Positions 49,239 through 63,130 of a stretch of DNA of 64,000 nucleotides are shown here, one piece after another. The notes under the pieces were generated by a model. The model was not told the origin of the DNA and ran no database searches. It was given only the letters and a program-made list of their open reading frames with translations. Each line of letters begins with the position of its first letter. The first letter of the stretch is position 1. The position numbers were made by a program, and so were the translations under genes. Source of the DNA: Callorhinchus milii (lineage: Eukaryota). The stretch covers positions 620,001 to 684,000 of the forward strand of contig NW_024704781.1 of the NCBI RefSeq assembly GCF_018977255.1. Reading direction: 5' to 3'.

Positions 49239-51999
49239 GACTTGACTTCGCACATTGTAGAACTTCAGGAATCAGAGTGAATGCATCCACAAAAAGGGAA
49301 GTCTGATAACATGATGAACCAATCCGCATTATGCGCTCGTTGTACCTAAATAAGAAGAGATGTTTGATTGTATATTGAAAGACAAACTGTCACAAATAAG
49401 TTATGAAAGGTGTTTCAGCTTAACGTGCTCTCCTTCACGGAAGTATTATTAAAACTTGTTATTCCGAAGCATTTTATTTGTTGTGTGAATAAATATTGGG
49501 AATAAAATAAAATACATTGAATTCTGTTGAACATCTAAAAAGAACAACAGCCTGGCCCCTTCATGAGGAGCTTCCCATCGTGCTTCTTTCAAATAAAAAT
49601 GGAAATCACATTTGATGTCACGATTTTCACTTTTTCCAGACGTCGGTATGCGCTTCTCAGAATATATTGTGAAGTGAATTGAATTTCTATGTGTGGGCGA
49701 AAGGCGGCAGTGATTGTGCATATCAGGATCTCATAAACAGTCGTGAATTGAGTGACCAATTGTTGTTGCTTTTTTTTTTGGAGCGATTATTATCCCCGAA
49801 AATACCAAACAGATTCCTATTGCTACCATGTAAACAGAGGCTGGGTGGCTTGAGGAATGGAAGAGTGTGTGAGTGATGGAATTAGGTGTGGATGCTGGGT
49901 AGGTTGAGATGAGGGTCTGTTGCTGGAGGGTTGTTCCTTCTGTCCTCCCAACTTTGTCAGTAAACCCTTGAAGCGCTTTTTACGCGTCCGCTTGGCGTGA
50001 AAAGCTCCAAATCAAATCAAAGGATCATAAAATACAACAAAATATTTCATTTGTACAGTGCTTTTCACAGCGGGATGATGTCCCAATGCCGAATTATTAC
50101 TGCTTTAATGAAATAGAAAAATACATAAACTTTCAGATTTTAAGGATTTATTTCGCAGCTAATCACGTATAATATTTGGTTTGGCGTTTTACCTCTTTCA
50201 ATGTTTTGAGGAAAATTTACAGAACAAGTATTAAGATGGTCGCTGTTGGTAACACAGAAAACCCTGCTCAGAAGCACATTTGGTCTGTTGCCACTGAAAC
50301 CTGTTGTTCCCTCAGAACTTATATTTGCATATCTCACATTTGAAACCATTTCCAGCTCTCTCCCCAGTTGGAGCATCAGAATTGCGAGACAATGTAAGAC
50401 CAGGATCCACCAGTTCATATCCATCCATCCCCAATGTCCTGTCCGTAAATGTATACTGTCTCCCAAGATATAATTTCCTAAAATAAATATATCTGATTTG
50501 AAGGAATCAACACTTTCTTCTTCAACCAACCCCCGAGGAAGCCAGTTCCGCACAATTACTGTTCTCTCAATGAAACTGTGTTGAAGCAGACTTGTTTTGA
50601 AGATCAAATGCAGGCAATGTCCTCTGTTTTGCCGACCACTCTATAGGCCTCCTGCCATTACCATTCCTGAGAATGAGCGCTACAGGGAAGGAATATCACT
50701 TCTCTCGTTACTGTTACAGGCAGAATTTTTGTGTATCAAGAGCTTGAAAACTGTTGCACCCTGCCGTGAATTTAAACTCAGACTTGGGTAAGTTCCTTTT
50801 ATGAAGTACAGCTAACCAGCAGCAGAATTTCTCCTGATATCAAAGGTTTGCCAAATCCTGCCAATTTCCAAATGTTACATAAACAATATAAATGTCGACT
50901 CTGGTGGAATTCGGCCCAGGAAGCCTTTCCATATCAAGGAGACTCATCCTGTCCAATAAAATCCTTCACGTGACGAATTTTGTATACGGGACACCTGCGG
51001 ATAAATCCAAGAACATTTGCAACTTGTTATGGAAACTTCGGTAGAAAGGAATTCTGCAACAAAAGAAGGACTTTCATCTCTATGGACCCACATCAGCACA
51101 GATTGTGCCACGAGACAACCACTGAGAAGACAAAAAGGGTGTTGGGCGACCTCCTGAACCCGCTCAGGTCCAAATACTTAGAAATTATCATGAAACTGCA
51201 CAGATGTTGTTCAAGCTGCAACTGGACATTATCAAAAGAGATTTTACATAAAATTCTGCAGCTGCATGCGCAGCTCTTCATCACTAATTTTGGCACTGGC
51301 CCAGAAGATTGTGATAATTTAATAATCCTTTGTTCAATATAGCGTCTTATCACTTGATTGAGAAGAATCAAATCACTTAACAGCATTTACAGTATAAAAA
51401 GAGAATATCGCTCCCTCCCCTCACCCCATCGCAGCCATCCTGTTATACTTTCTTACTGCTTGGAAAACGGAGGTGTGTGGAGTGAGGATATCTGCCTAAG
51501 CTGTCGTCGTGCCCATGAATTCAACATGGGTCTTCCAGATAGCGAGGAGAGAGTTATATTCACTCAGATACAGGAAGTTAGATGCAGCTACAATGATGTA
51601 TACCTTCTGAGAATTGTTTTAGCAATTCTAAACTACCCTAAACTACATTTAGGGAGTCAGCCTGGCTCACCTGGTACCAATTATTTTCTAATTTAGACCC
51701 TTGTATTCAATTCCTATGGTTTCTTCTTGCTCTGACAACGAAGGACTGCATTTTCATCCCCAACACTTCAATAGGGTGTCAACTTGGGTTACGTGATTAC
51801 AGGAAACGACTGGAGCTTGAAACCACAGCTTTCTGACTCAGAGGCGAGAGTGTTCTCATTGAGTCAGGCTGGAAAAGAATAATATTTATCGCGCTTTAAA
51901 AAAATCTCAGTTTAGTGTAACTAGCAACAATTCCCATTGAACCAAGGATCTGTCGTGTTTCCATCTGTACAATCTGCAATGCTGTACTGAAGCTTTATT

Positions 52000-53085
52000 A
52001 ACAAACAAAACTTGCATTTACACAGCAAACTGCATGCACGGTGGATTCATAGAGGGCTTCCCAGTGGCAGAGCGCGAAGCCGAGCTGGGTGAGCCTGAGA
52101 CTGGGGAGCTTGGTGGAGCGTAGGCACGATCGTGAAGGAAGGTCTTTCGGCGCGAACTGAAGATGGGGTAGGAAGGCACAAGGCGGAGTGACACAGGAAG
52201 AGTATTCCTTAGATTTGGTGCCTATGCTTGAAAGCACGGCCACCACTGGTGGAACGGATTGCACGAGTGTACATGCAGAGTATAGGAGCCAGTCGCGGAG
52301 AGCCAGCGGGTTGTGGTTTGAGGGCGAAGCAGGTCGGAAATGTAGGGATGAGTCAGGGCATGAAGGGATTTGGAAACGAGTGTGAGGATCTTGACATCGA
52401 TCTGCTCGGCGATAGGGAACCTGTGGAGCCTGTCAATTACCAGTTTGACGGGACTATGAGTTCAATAGAGGTGAGTATGCGGTCGATTTTGAATCAGCTG
52501 CATCCTGTAACATTTTCACATTCTTACTGCCTTGACAGCTTTGCCGAAAATGAAGTTGAGGAAAGTGGCAAAGATGGCATTTCAGAAGTACATTCGGAAG
52601 GTGATCAACGCATGTCCAATTGTTTTGGCTGCTTTTGTGATAAGGTACAGTGGTCGGCAAGTACATTGGCGGAGGTGGGATCAGTCGGTCTTGTATGCTG
52701 TGAAGGAAGGACAGCTATGTGTTGGAACTGATGCCTGAGTTGCTTATTGGTTCAGATCGTTTGAATGACAGGCCGAGGAGCAGTTCAGAGCCACAGGATA
52801 GGAGACGTTGACAGTAGTCAAAGAGTATGGTTTCCATCTTGTCAACATTGATTTGTAGGAAGTTTTCGCTCTTCCAGGCAATGATGCCCGGTAGACAAAC
52901 TGGGAGTACATCGGCGGACCTAGGGTCAAAGCTGGAGCAGAAGTAGATATGTCTCTCGTGCACATAAATGTGGAAATTTACCTCATGTCTGCAAAATATA
53001 TAGGCAAGAGGGAGCATATAGTGAGGAAGAGGAGGGGTCCAAGGGTGGAGGCCTAAGGTATACCACAGGTGACCAGACTGGAATG
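52000..53085 (-). mobile_element. Older, decayed L2 RT fragment
   Basis: YMLPLAYIFCRHEVNFHIY...ENFLQINVDKMETIL, and IDVKILTLVSKSLHAL...YISDLL. Confidence 0.75.
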
Positions 53086-53289
53086 GGAGGAGAAAATTTT
53101 GAGCGGAAGAAGTGAATGTGTTGAAGTGAGACTGGATCAAAATCACTTATTAATTTCAAAGACGTCTATCAGGTTTCCCCTTAAATTATTTGTTCCAACG
53201 AAACATGGCCCAGTTCCTCATACGAAAACCCACTCATCCCTGGAATCAGTATGTGTTTCTCATCTGCACACTCTCTTATCGCCTTGACG

Positions 53290-53480
53290 TCTTAAAATAC
53301 AATGACCCAGACTGGACACAATATTCTAACTGTGGTTTAACTAATAATTAAACGTGTTTAGCCTCTTCGGTTTTATATTTGGTAGCCCTATTTGTCAAAC
53401 ATAAGACTTCCTAGTACTTTGACAACCTTTTCTACCTGCTTTCCCAATTTTACGGATTGATGGACATCATCATACCCCAG
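53290..53480 (-). mobile_element. CR1 fragment
   Basis: Minus strand ccacagttagaatattgtgtccagtctgg = PQLEYCVQ(S)W-like CR1 motif. Confidence 0.55.
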
Positions 53481-56050
53481 ACCCTTTGCCAATTTATCAA
53501 GCTACAACATCTATCAATGTGATAGATAGACATTACTGAATTGACTCGTATCATTTCTATGATGCCAATCATTGAACGTCCACGGCTTTGGGTGAAAGGT
53601 GCTATATAAATTTAATTTGTTATTGATTCCAAATTCTGAGTTTAAAGGTGCGATATTGTATTATATTTGACAGGCTTTGTTTTAAAGTGTTCCGACAATT
53701 TTGTCTCAAATGGTTTAAAATGCAATCGGTTGTTCACCAGTGTCATTATCTGTCATCGTTGTGTGGAGTCGAGCAACTAAGTGGTTACAGCACTCTCCCC
53801 TCAAGAGAGAGGACCTGGGTTTCTCAGATAACTGGCAGGGCGAAATATTAGCCTGGTTTCCTTACTGGACCCGCTTGTATACCTAACCGTATGTCGGAAC
53901 CCATTTGTTAATCGATTGGCAGGTCGCTTCTCTGGTGTTAAATATCCCTTGAAATAAACAATAATTTGGTCCCTCGACGCGGGACTGTATGTTGTGCACT
54001 GCTGTGTGAAATTGTCTGCCACTTTTCGCCTACAAATCATCGAGTCAACTAATTTTACAGTAAAATTCTTTGAATCGCAATGAGGCGCTCAAAGACGAGA
54101 TGAGTACGATATCAAATGCAGGATTATCAACAGTAGTATTCGGATATCCAACGAGCTATATTAAATAGCGTTACCGAATACTGTGCTTTGGAAATTATCA
54201 TCCGGCTATTCGTGCTTATTGTGATGCAGCAGATTAACAATAATATTATCAGAAAAATATTTTGTTTTACGTAAATCAATTTCATAAGGGATTATTTGAA
54301 ATTTGTGGAATTTGCTTCAATGCAGTATCACTCATTTTGATACGCCTCACAAAACATCTCACGGAATTAACAAATGCCTTTCCCAAAGAGCCTTATTGCA
54401 AAACAATCACCATATTTCAAGTTTTGCATAATAATGTTAGAATCCAGAAATCCTACTGCTGATAAATGATCAAAAAACTTATCTGGATTTCCAACTCCAA
54501 CATTCCTTTGCCACATATGTCACCTTGGAGCCAGTTCTGTTTCAAGAGGACCCAAAGGACGATTTGGTCGTTTGGTATCCAGCGATAACGAAATTGAGTC
54601 CAGACTAAGCGGATGGCTGGTAACGGGAATTACTTGGCTCTCTGCAGGCTTTTATCAAGGTTGATGTCAGCACTAGACCTCGGAACATGTGTTGATGAAT
54701 TTAGGCTCCAGGAAGGGACTTACAGCACCTGTCGCCACCTGCTCCAGTTTCCTCATCTGCTATCTGGCGAACGTCTGGCTTCAGTCTGGGTGAAGCACCC
54801 ATACAAGACAGCCAGCCTAGTGGATGTTCTGAAGCTCCAAGTCCAGTATCAAGTAGGAGGCTTACTCAACACCAGCTGCTAAACCCAGACCCTGCTATGA
54901 GGGGGATTGGCTGAACAGCCACCTCCGCTTCCAGGGTACTCATCAACAGATAAGTGCAGGCCGGAGACCCCCCTCTCTGCTTCAGCGCCTTAGGACAGCG
55001 TCTTCCCGATATGAAAAGTGCTATACAAATGTAATGTTGTTGTTGTTTGCATAAGATCAAGAATGAGTCGAGGCCAGAGAGGGTGACGGGGTTGCGGTGG
55101 AGATATCAAGAGCAGAGACAGAAGACCGTCTCGATTTTCCACACATAGAAATCTAACACCTCATGGCAATTCGAGTTGGAGGTGAGGATATGTGGCTAAT
55201 GGGAAGAAAAGTCCGCAGTTAGAGCCACAGAGAACCATAGAAATTAATTTCAATCGGCATGAGACCGATCGGCCCATTGTGCCTGTGACGCTCCTGGAAG
55301 AAGATTTCTTGCAGCGCCTTTCAACTGCCCTTTCCACAATCCCTTGTATCTAAGACAGAGAGTTTATCTAATCCCCTGAAGAAGGCCAATATAGATTTTG
55401 CCTCAACAACCACTCCTGTCAGACCATTCCATATCATAATTACATGAAGTGTTCCAAACCTCCCCATTTGCTCATTTACCACATTAATTTGTTTTCCCTC
55501 TAACTACTGAAGTGCCAACAAGTGGAAATAATTTCTGCCGATTGAATATCAAAATCCCTCTTAATTTCAAAGGCATTGTCATGTCAAACCCTAACCTGCT
55601 TCGTTCCAACCCAAACCATTCCAAGTTTGTACAGTGTCCACTCATAACCGCTCATCCCCAGTATTATTCTAGTAATCCTCTGCACCAGAAGCTCATATGA
55701 AATTTTCTTTCACTGTCCGCACATGCAAATAATATATTTTGCGCCTAAAATCTAACACAATTTTTCCTGAATAAAAACTGTTGTTCGTGAATCTGTTTTG
55801 CTCGTAAACCAATTAGAAATCTCCGTCTCCAGTTTACATTCACTGTAGTTCTTTGTTAAATGTCAGAGAGCTGATTTGTATGCAATATGTTTGTTTAATG
55901 ACTGTAAAATGACATCAGTCAGTTTTGCAATTAATTCTTCCCTGGTGGATTGGCGTTATTATAAAGAACTTCTCATGAGGCTGTCGTTTCATTCTGTTCA
56001 TGGGAGCCATCCTGGAGGAGGAACGCACAAAGGCTATTCTGTTGAAAAAG

Positions 56051-58807
56051 ATGGCATATTTAACCATTTATGACGTGGAGGCAATTTACTACCCCATACT
56101 TGCAATACTTGGTGTTCCTGGTAAGATTTCCTACATATTAATTATCATATGCATCGCCGACTCGCTGTGTATTCTGTTAATTATGGTACAGCCTGAGTTT
56201 GTGCATCGTTCAGGGTTAACAGGCGCCAAGTGGGAAGAGTTTTCAGTTGGCACTGCCCAATTGTCGGTGGTGGGTGGGCGGAAGGTAAGTGGGGTATCCA
56301 TTAACAGAGCTGGTTCCAAAGTGAAATGCTTGCCAAACAAATTTCAGATCCCAGTCTATCAACTGCCAGTCTTGAATTTGGAGCACCTGAGCCTGGTTTC
56401 TCTGTCTCGTTCATCGGGTATATCGTACTCCTGGATACTGATGATAATAATAATAATAATAATAATAATCCTTGCATTTGATATAGCGCTTTTCACGTCG
56501 GAAGGACGTCCCAAAGAGCTTCACAGAACACACTGTAAAGTGAATTGACTGTAAATTTGTGGTCGAACGCGGCAGCCAATTGCGCACAGCAATGTCCCAC
56601 AAACAGTCGTGGATTGAAAATGCCAATTTTATTATTGTTTTTGGTTTTGGAGGATTATTATTAGGCTCTGTGTGGAGTAAGGAAACTTACCCGAGGTTTC
56701 GCCCTCTGCCTGGAATTGAACTCAGGTCTCTCGTTTGCAAAGCAAGTGCAACTGAGCTACAGGACTCCACGATAATAATCCAGCTAGTCTGGCTCATCGG
56801 TTGGACCTGGAGAGGCATTGAGAAAACGGAATTTTCTCTCTCAGCTCCTGCTGATGCTGAAAGCCAAAAGGCTAACTGATAGGACTGTCCTAACGGGAGA
56901 GATAGCAGCAAAGCTGGCCAGATAGTCGTATTGAATTGCAAGCAATGCTGTTTCAGTTGATCAATTTCCCGCAATACCCCACAAAGCACACAGACATCAA
57001 CACACCTTAACCCGCTGTTTTAGATACTGCGTATACCTTACCACATTGTGGGGCAAACAGGGTGCAAACATAGAGGGAGAGATTGCACACTGTATTCCAG
57101 GCACTTAGAAATCTCTGTGTATTTGGCATATATGTGGAACGCTTAGTTGGACTTCTGCTGAATCAAACAGTCAACTGGTCAAAATACACTCTGACTTCTG
57201 AGTCAGAAGATTGTCTTCAGTGCAAGTTACATGTTAGGACTTCCACCTCATATTCAAGGCTGAAATTATTATGATAGAAGGAGCTGCAGTGTCGCAGATG
57301 CCAACGTTCATTTGAAATTTTGAAACGTCGTCCCATCGGCCTTTTCAGGTGGACATTGGAAAAGAGAAGGCTGTTAATCCTGAGAAACAACATTTTCCAA
57401 GAATCTAGTCATTTTCCTCGTTGTTGTTTATGCGAATATTTTCTGTCTGAATTGCTAGTTTTGTTTCCCTGTTCTGGTTTGCCCACAAAGTTAACAGTGA
57501 AGCCCTTTATAATTTTTGTCCTTGAAGCAATTCACATGTCTCACCTATGTGATCAATTGCGTTTTCAGATGCAAACATTATTATTATTATTGCTCATATA
57601 CGGTTGTTGTGCATTCAACGAAAAGTTTCTAAAGCATTTTGAGAAACTCAAGCATGTTTAGACGTTATATAAAATGTAAGTATTACTCAAGATTAAATAA
57701 TACCGCTGTTTAAATACAATTTTTTTTATCACTGAAAGAATAGCATATTGAGTGATTTGGGATGAACCTTTTGGAAGCTGTTGGAAATTGTCTGACCCGT
57801 TCGCCAGTAAAAATAATCCAATTGATGCTCTATGATATGAACCACTGTACCAAGTATAAGGATTCTTGCTTTAATTTGTCTTTTCCTATTTTCTTGCAGT
57901 TAACTTGATGGCGATGCTGATCCTTTCCCGTGGAAATTGTGGTCTCGCCAAAGGCGTCACCCTTTACCTGGTAGCCGTGGCGGCAGCCGATCTGATGGTC
58001 ATTATCACGGATGTAATACTGAATCGCATTAATAGTTTTTATTTCCCTATTAGTTTCTTGTTCTATACGCCCGTGTGCAGTCTCAGAGTTGTTTTGATGG
58101 CTACAGCCATAAGATGTTCTGGCTGGTTGACTGCAGTTTTCACCTTCGACCGTTATGTGGCTATTTGTTGTCAGAGGTATAAAACTACATATTGCACTGT
58201 GAAAACTGCCTATTTGGTTATAACAGCAGTCAGTGTGATAAGCTGTGTCCAAAGCATTCCCTGGTATTTTGTGTTTGCTCCTGTTATAAAAATTAACGAT
58301 GTACCATATTACTGCACTGGAAAACCCAGCACATACACTTCACCAATATGGAGAGCGTTTGGGTGGTTTAACCGAATTTTTACTCCTATTGCTGTATTTC
58401 TTTTGATTGTCCTCTTCAATGCGTTAACCATCAGACACATTTTAACAGCCAGCAGGGTCCGCAGGAGAATACGGGTCAATAAAAATGGGGAGAATCAGAA
58501 CGATCCAGAGATAGAAAAGCGAAGAAAATCCATAACTTTACTATTTGCTATATCGGCCAGTTTTCTATTGTTATGGATTACGACTGTTATCTACTCATTG
58601 AAATGGACAATAACAAGTTATAATTATGAAACACGAGTGAATAACTCTCGATATATCTTCCAACAGACGGGATTTATGCTTCAACTTTTGTCTTCCTGTA
58701 CAAACACGTGTATATATGCGGGAACCCAAACCAAGTTTAGAGAGGATCTGAAGAATGTGGTTAAATATCCTTTTACTCTTATTCGACTTAAACAAGACGA
58801 TCATTAA
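56051..58807 (+). CDS. Divergent GPR139/142-like GPCR, copy 4 (exons 56051-56120 + 57900-58807; 325 aa, or 342 aa from in-frame ATG 56000)
   Basis: Exon 1 MAYLTIYDVEAIYYPILAILGVP with the same 70-nt phase-1 structure; acceptor ttgcag at 57899; FDRY and NTCIY motifs. Confidence 0.92.
56443..56770 (-). mobile_element. Full-length tRNA/Deu-type SINE with (TTA)n tail in the intron of GPCR copy 4
   Basis: Head 56700-56770, core aacgcggcagccaattgcgcacagcaatgtcccacaaacag, L2-type tail, (taa)n. Confidence 0.85.
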
Positions 58808-59149
58808 TAAAAATGAACTAATTTTCGAACGAATATGTCTTGCCAGTTTTACTTCTCGATTATTCCTGTGTTCATGTAAATAATATACACCTATTCCAGT
58901 TTGCATTTTGTCCAGACAAGTACTATTGGAGGTGAAAAGCTCTCCAGATAATGCAAAGTTTGTACAACTATTTGCCCAGTCCAGTCGTAAAACCTCGCAA
59001 CGTAAATCAAGTGACCTATTTCTTTGTGTTATTTTACTTGGTGTGCAATAATTTATTTGTAGCAACTTATGTCAAAAAACAAACACCACAAATTGCATTT
59101 AATTATGTCACTTCACGTAGGATAACATTTTTTGTTGCTTAACGGTAAC

Positions 59150-59480
59150 ACTTTCCTCGGGTGATGTGGCCATGGACACGGTCGAAGAGGAAAGTCTTTC
59201 AGACAGAAACTGAAAACGGGGAAGGAGGGAACAAGGTGGAAGAATTGAGGTTGAGATTTCCAAAGTTTTGCGGCGTAGTGACAGAAACGACAGCCACCAA
59301 TAATGGAGTGGAGGGGGCAAGCGACAAGCAGGAGTCATCTAAGCGGAGGCGTAGGGAATTAGACAAGTGATAAATAGGTGAAAGTTGTGTTGAGGTGCAA
59401 CTGCACTTTTAGACGGGTGTGAGGATCTTGAAGTCAATCTCTTCTGTGACAGGGTGTCAGTGGAGCCTGCTAAGAACTCG
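59150..59480 (-). mobile_element. L2 3' fragment
   Basis: Purine-rich plus strand with decayed L2 C-terminal motifs on the minus strand. Confidence 0.55.
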
Positions 59481-60819
59481 CGTGATATTAGAAATGTTTA
59501 ATGTTTGTTTTTTGTCAGCCGGGTGCCTGACACATGCGGAGGAAACCCATCACCATGCTCAAGAGTATCCAAAACCAAGGTGACATGGGGAGACCGGCGA
59601 GTAGTGTATTGACATAAGATTCAAACCACTTGTGTAAATATTCTTCATGATTTACCTCAATCCAAGCAATTCAATGCAGTGATAGAAACTAAACCCCTTG
59701 ATCTCACTCTAAGAATCCTGTTATGAATAATGTCTTCTTCTCTGCATCCCACCTACAAACGGATATCCAAGAGAGATGGAATGGAATGTGAATTCTCTAC
59801 GTGGAGGGAAGCATCCTGTTTAACTAATTCCGGAAACTATTAGACACAGATTGGCAAGAGCAGAGGCTTGCAGAACCCGTTATGTAGGTTGAGGTTTGGT
59901 TGCCCTTTCCCGCTGCTTGTCCACTTACGGAGCTGAAGCTTAGTGGATAAAGCACTCGCATCGCAAGCGAGAGCACTTGGATTCGATTATGGTAAGGGTG
60001 AAACTTTGGCCAAGTTTCCTTACTTGACACGCCTCAGTTTATCGAGCAGTTAGTAAGAATGCATTTGTAGGTCGATTGGAAGATCAATTTTCAGGTGGTT
60101 ATTACCCTTTCAAATATGTTAAAATGAATAAATAATAATAATTTGGTCACAGATTCCGCCTGAGGGCCTTCCTTGTTGATCACGACTGTGGTCACCTCCA
60201 CTTGCGTTGTGCCACACTCAAGCGCTCTGGGACTCCACACCAAATGTGATTGGCGCTATGTGTGTACACGTTGTTTGTGGTATTTTTAAGCATGATTTCG
60301 AATCACTGTCACATTCTTGGATATAGATTCATTTTCCTCTACCTATCAGTTCAGATACGACTGTGTGTACTGAATATAGGCAACTGAGTTGTTTTTCTGA
60401 AGACTGCAAGCTTATATTATTCATCTGTATCGTATTTCACGCCACAGAAACGTCAGCAGGTTGTATTATTTGTGATTCTTTTAAAATAGTTACTGAAGAA
60501 ATCTCAAACAATCTACGTAGTTCACTTGGTCCAAAATGCAGCAATCTGGACTGCAAGGGCGCAAGGTTCAATATCAGGGAATTGTTGGATTTGATTATTG
60601 GAATAAATTTGTTGCGCATGTAATCCAATCCAAATCCAGATCAGCAATATGTTAGTCGATATCAAATCAGACGCTTGTGACTTCAAACACCACACCAGGA
60701 AATGAACTAACAGACTTCAGGGTGACATTCCAATGCAGTGCTGAGATATATTGAGTTGTCAAATTACAACAACAAAAACAAACACTGCCACAGTGAAGCA
60801 TCTCAGAGCGCTAAACTGT

Positions 60820-61190
60820 AGCGGAGACTAACTCTGAGCCGTGGGCAGGGTTTGGTGTTGGTAAACACGGTCGAACTGGAAAGTTTTCAGGCGGGACTTG
60901 AGAGAGGGGAGAGAGGGGTCAAGGCAGAGATATTGATGAAGAGATTTCTAGAGTTTGGGGGCGTATTGGCTGAAAGAACGCACTCCACTGGTGGGGCGGA
61001 GGGTGCGAGGGACGAGAAGAAGGCCGTTGTGAGTCGAGAGGAGGTGCCGGGTGGCGGACTGGGGAGTGAGGAGGTCGGAAAGGTAGGGAGGTGCCAGGTC
61101 GTGGATATAATGTACACAAGAGTTAGAATCTTGACGTCGATCTGATCGGTGATGGGGAGCAGGTGGAGCCATGACCAGAACTGGAAAGAT
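60820..61190 (-). mobile_element. L2 3' fragment
   Basis: DVKILTLVYIISTT/LAPPYLSDLL motifs on the minus strand. Confidence 0.65.
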
Positions 61191-61789
61191 GTGTGTATAT
61201 TCCATTAAGTCAGGTCTTGAAACCACTTGCCAGAACCAATTCATCAATCAGGATAAAGCAACAATATTTTTACATTTTGAAATGATTAACGTTGTTTTGC
61301 ATCAGGTGGATCAGCAGTGACAGTCCAGGGAAGCGACATTACAAACGCTAGTGCTTCAGGTTTTCAGCTGTAAAGTAATGCTGATACTCTTCCCTCCCCG
61401 GGCTGACCCGGGCTGACCAGGTCGGGAAATACCTGCTGATCACACAGCAGATCAACGTGAGACACTAATCAGGGACTCGGTTATGTGAGTACCATCCCGG
61501 AGATGGTATACTGGCTGAATAGCGGGGACCTTTCGAAATAATACATTGCACTGGAAGTGTAAACTCTGATATCTTCCTGAAAACAAAACAAACACATTCG
61601 TCACGTAAAATTAATGAAGCCTTGGATTGTGTGTGATAAACTGTTCCCGCACGCTTTGGAGCAGGTGGAAGATTGAGGGCACTGAGTTCCAGTACTTAAC
61701 TCGCCCATATTGATGTCAATGAGAGAACATATAACTAGGGCCACAAAAGCTCAGGTAGATCGTAAAAACGTGTTTTGATAGAGAATGGG

Positions 61790-63130
61790 GAAGGCTGACT
61801 TCGTGGACATTTGGAGGATGTCAAACTGCATGAGAGTGAATTCGTCATCACTGGATCCCGGAGGCAAGGAGGGATATGGTGAGGACGGAACTCAACGTGT
61901 GTTGGAGCTGGGAATCTTTGAGAATCACAAAAATCAGTGGTGCGGCCAAATTCACATGGTGCCCAAACCGGATGGAACTATCCCATTTTGAGTTGACTTT
62001 CGGAATGTCATTGAAATTTCAGTGCACTTCATTCATTCAGTGGTATAGCCCTATGTGGATAAATGTTTGGACCAAATTGAGTTCGATGCTGGATTTGACC
62101 ATAGGTTATTGGCAAATTTCTTTGGCCAAGCAGTCGAAAGAAAAGACCAATTGCCACCGTTTTGGGCTATACCACCTTCCTAAAATGGATTGTTGACACC
62201 ATGGAGTTCCAGCCACATTCTGTACGCGGGTGTAATAATTTCACAAGATATATGCTGTGGCCTATTTAGATGACATCATGATGTACATCTGAACCTGGGA
62301 TTGTCATCTGCATAAAATGGCTGCGATCCATGATTCAAAACCCCAGTAGGTTTACCCTTGGGAAATCGTAAACCAAGCACTTGATATAATCCCTGGGGGA
62401 TGGCCGACTAAAGCCATGAGGTGGCAAAGTAGATGCTGTATTGCAGTGCAACGTGCCCTATACATAGACCCAGGTGCCATGATTCTTGGAGCGCGCCCTC
62501 TCGACTCTGGGAATTTTATGCGTCTTGTTCTTACCAATCTCCAGGTATTACAGGTAACAAACCAGATACCAGTGCTTTTGCTCCTGCTCATTAAGCAGCG
62601 TATTTTATGTGGCAGAAGATAATGCGTAAGGAAAATGCTGCATTTATAAAGCAAATTTCACTTAGGGAGGAAGTCCCGAGACTTTGGATACATGTTTCTA
62701 TGCTGGTGACTCTGCTAACCGATCTGACAAAGACATCTGCCCTTAATTTGGTGAAATGGCCTAAGGAATGGGAGCAGGGGGACGTTGATTCTAAGGTTGT
62801 GCAGTAGTCCGGTATTACATGGAGCCAACTTCCGAGACGAGTTTATTTTGCAAGCGGACGCTTCGTAAGTCATTCTAGGAGTCTTGCTCTCCAAAACATT
62901 CGATGTGGACCATCACATATTATACGTTAGATAGCTACTGCACTCAGTTATTGAGAAAGAGTGTTTGGCGCTGAAATGGTCAGTCGAGAGCCTCCGCTAC
63001 TGACTAGAAGTGGTCAGGCTTTCTTGGTGACAGGCACCTTAGGTGGTTACCATGAAGGATATCAAACATCAGCTGAGTAGGTGGATTATGACTCTCCAGC
63101 CCTTCACATTTGCCATGCCCCAAAGGCCTG
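61790..63130 (+). mobile_element. Decayed Ty3/Gypsy LTR-retrotransposon pol (RT to RNase H)
   Basis: MVPKPDGT.PF.VDFR, LDLTIGYWQISL...SKEKT, YLDD at ~62260, LTDLTK...VKW, FILQADAS, EKECLALKWSVESLRY. Many stops and frameshifts; no LTRs recognised. Confidence 0.88.

Larger units (their letters stand above)
23225..50670. repeat. Tandem segmental duplication, ~2.5 units: U1 23225-34380 (11156 bp), U2 34381-45237 (10857 bp), partial U3 45238-~50670
   Basis: Anchor caagaccttccccgtccacc at 23225, 34381 and 45238. The ORF track repeats identically; only scattered substitutions and indels seen by eye. Confidence 0.95.

Noticed and set aside
50980-51700. 120-aa and 112-aa ORFs after the duplication end
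   Set aside because: No recognisable motifs; context is repeat debris.
54560-54960. 89-aa ORF possibly derived from a gag-like or other retroelement gene
   Set aside because: No motif could be confirmed by eye; needs an HMM search.
56000-56548. 182-aa ORF as a single-exon gene
   Set aside because: It is GPCR exon 1 reading into its intron past the GTAAGA donor at 56121.
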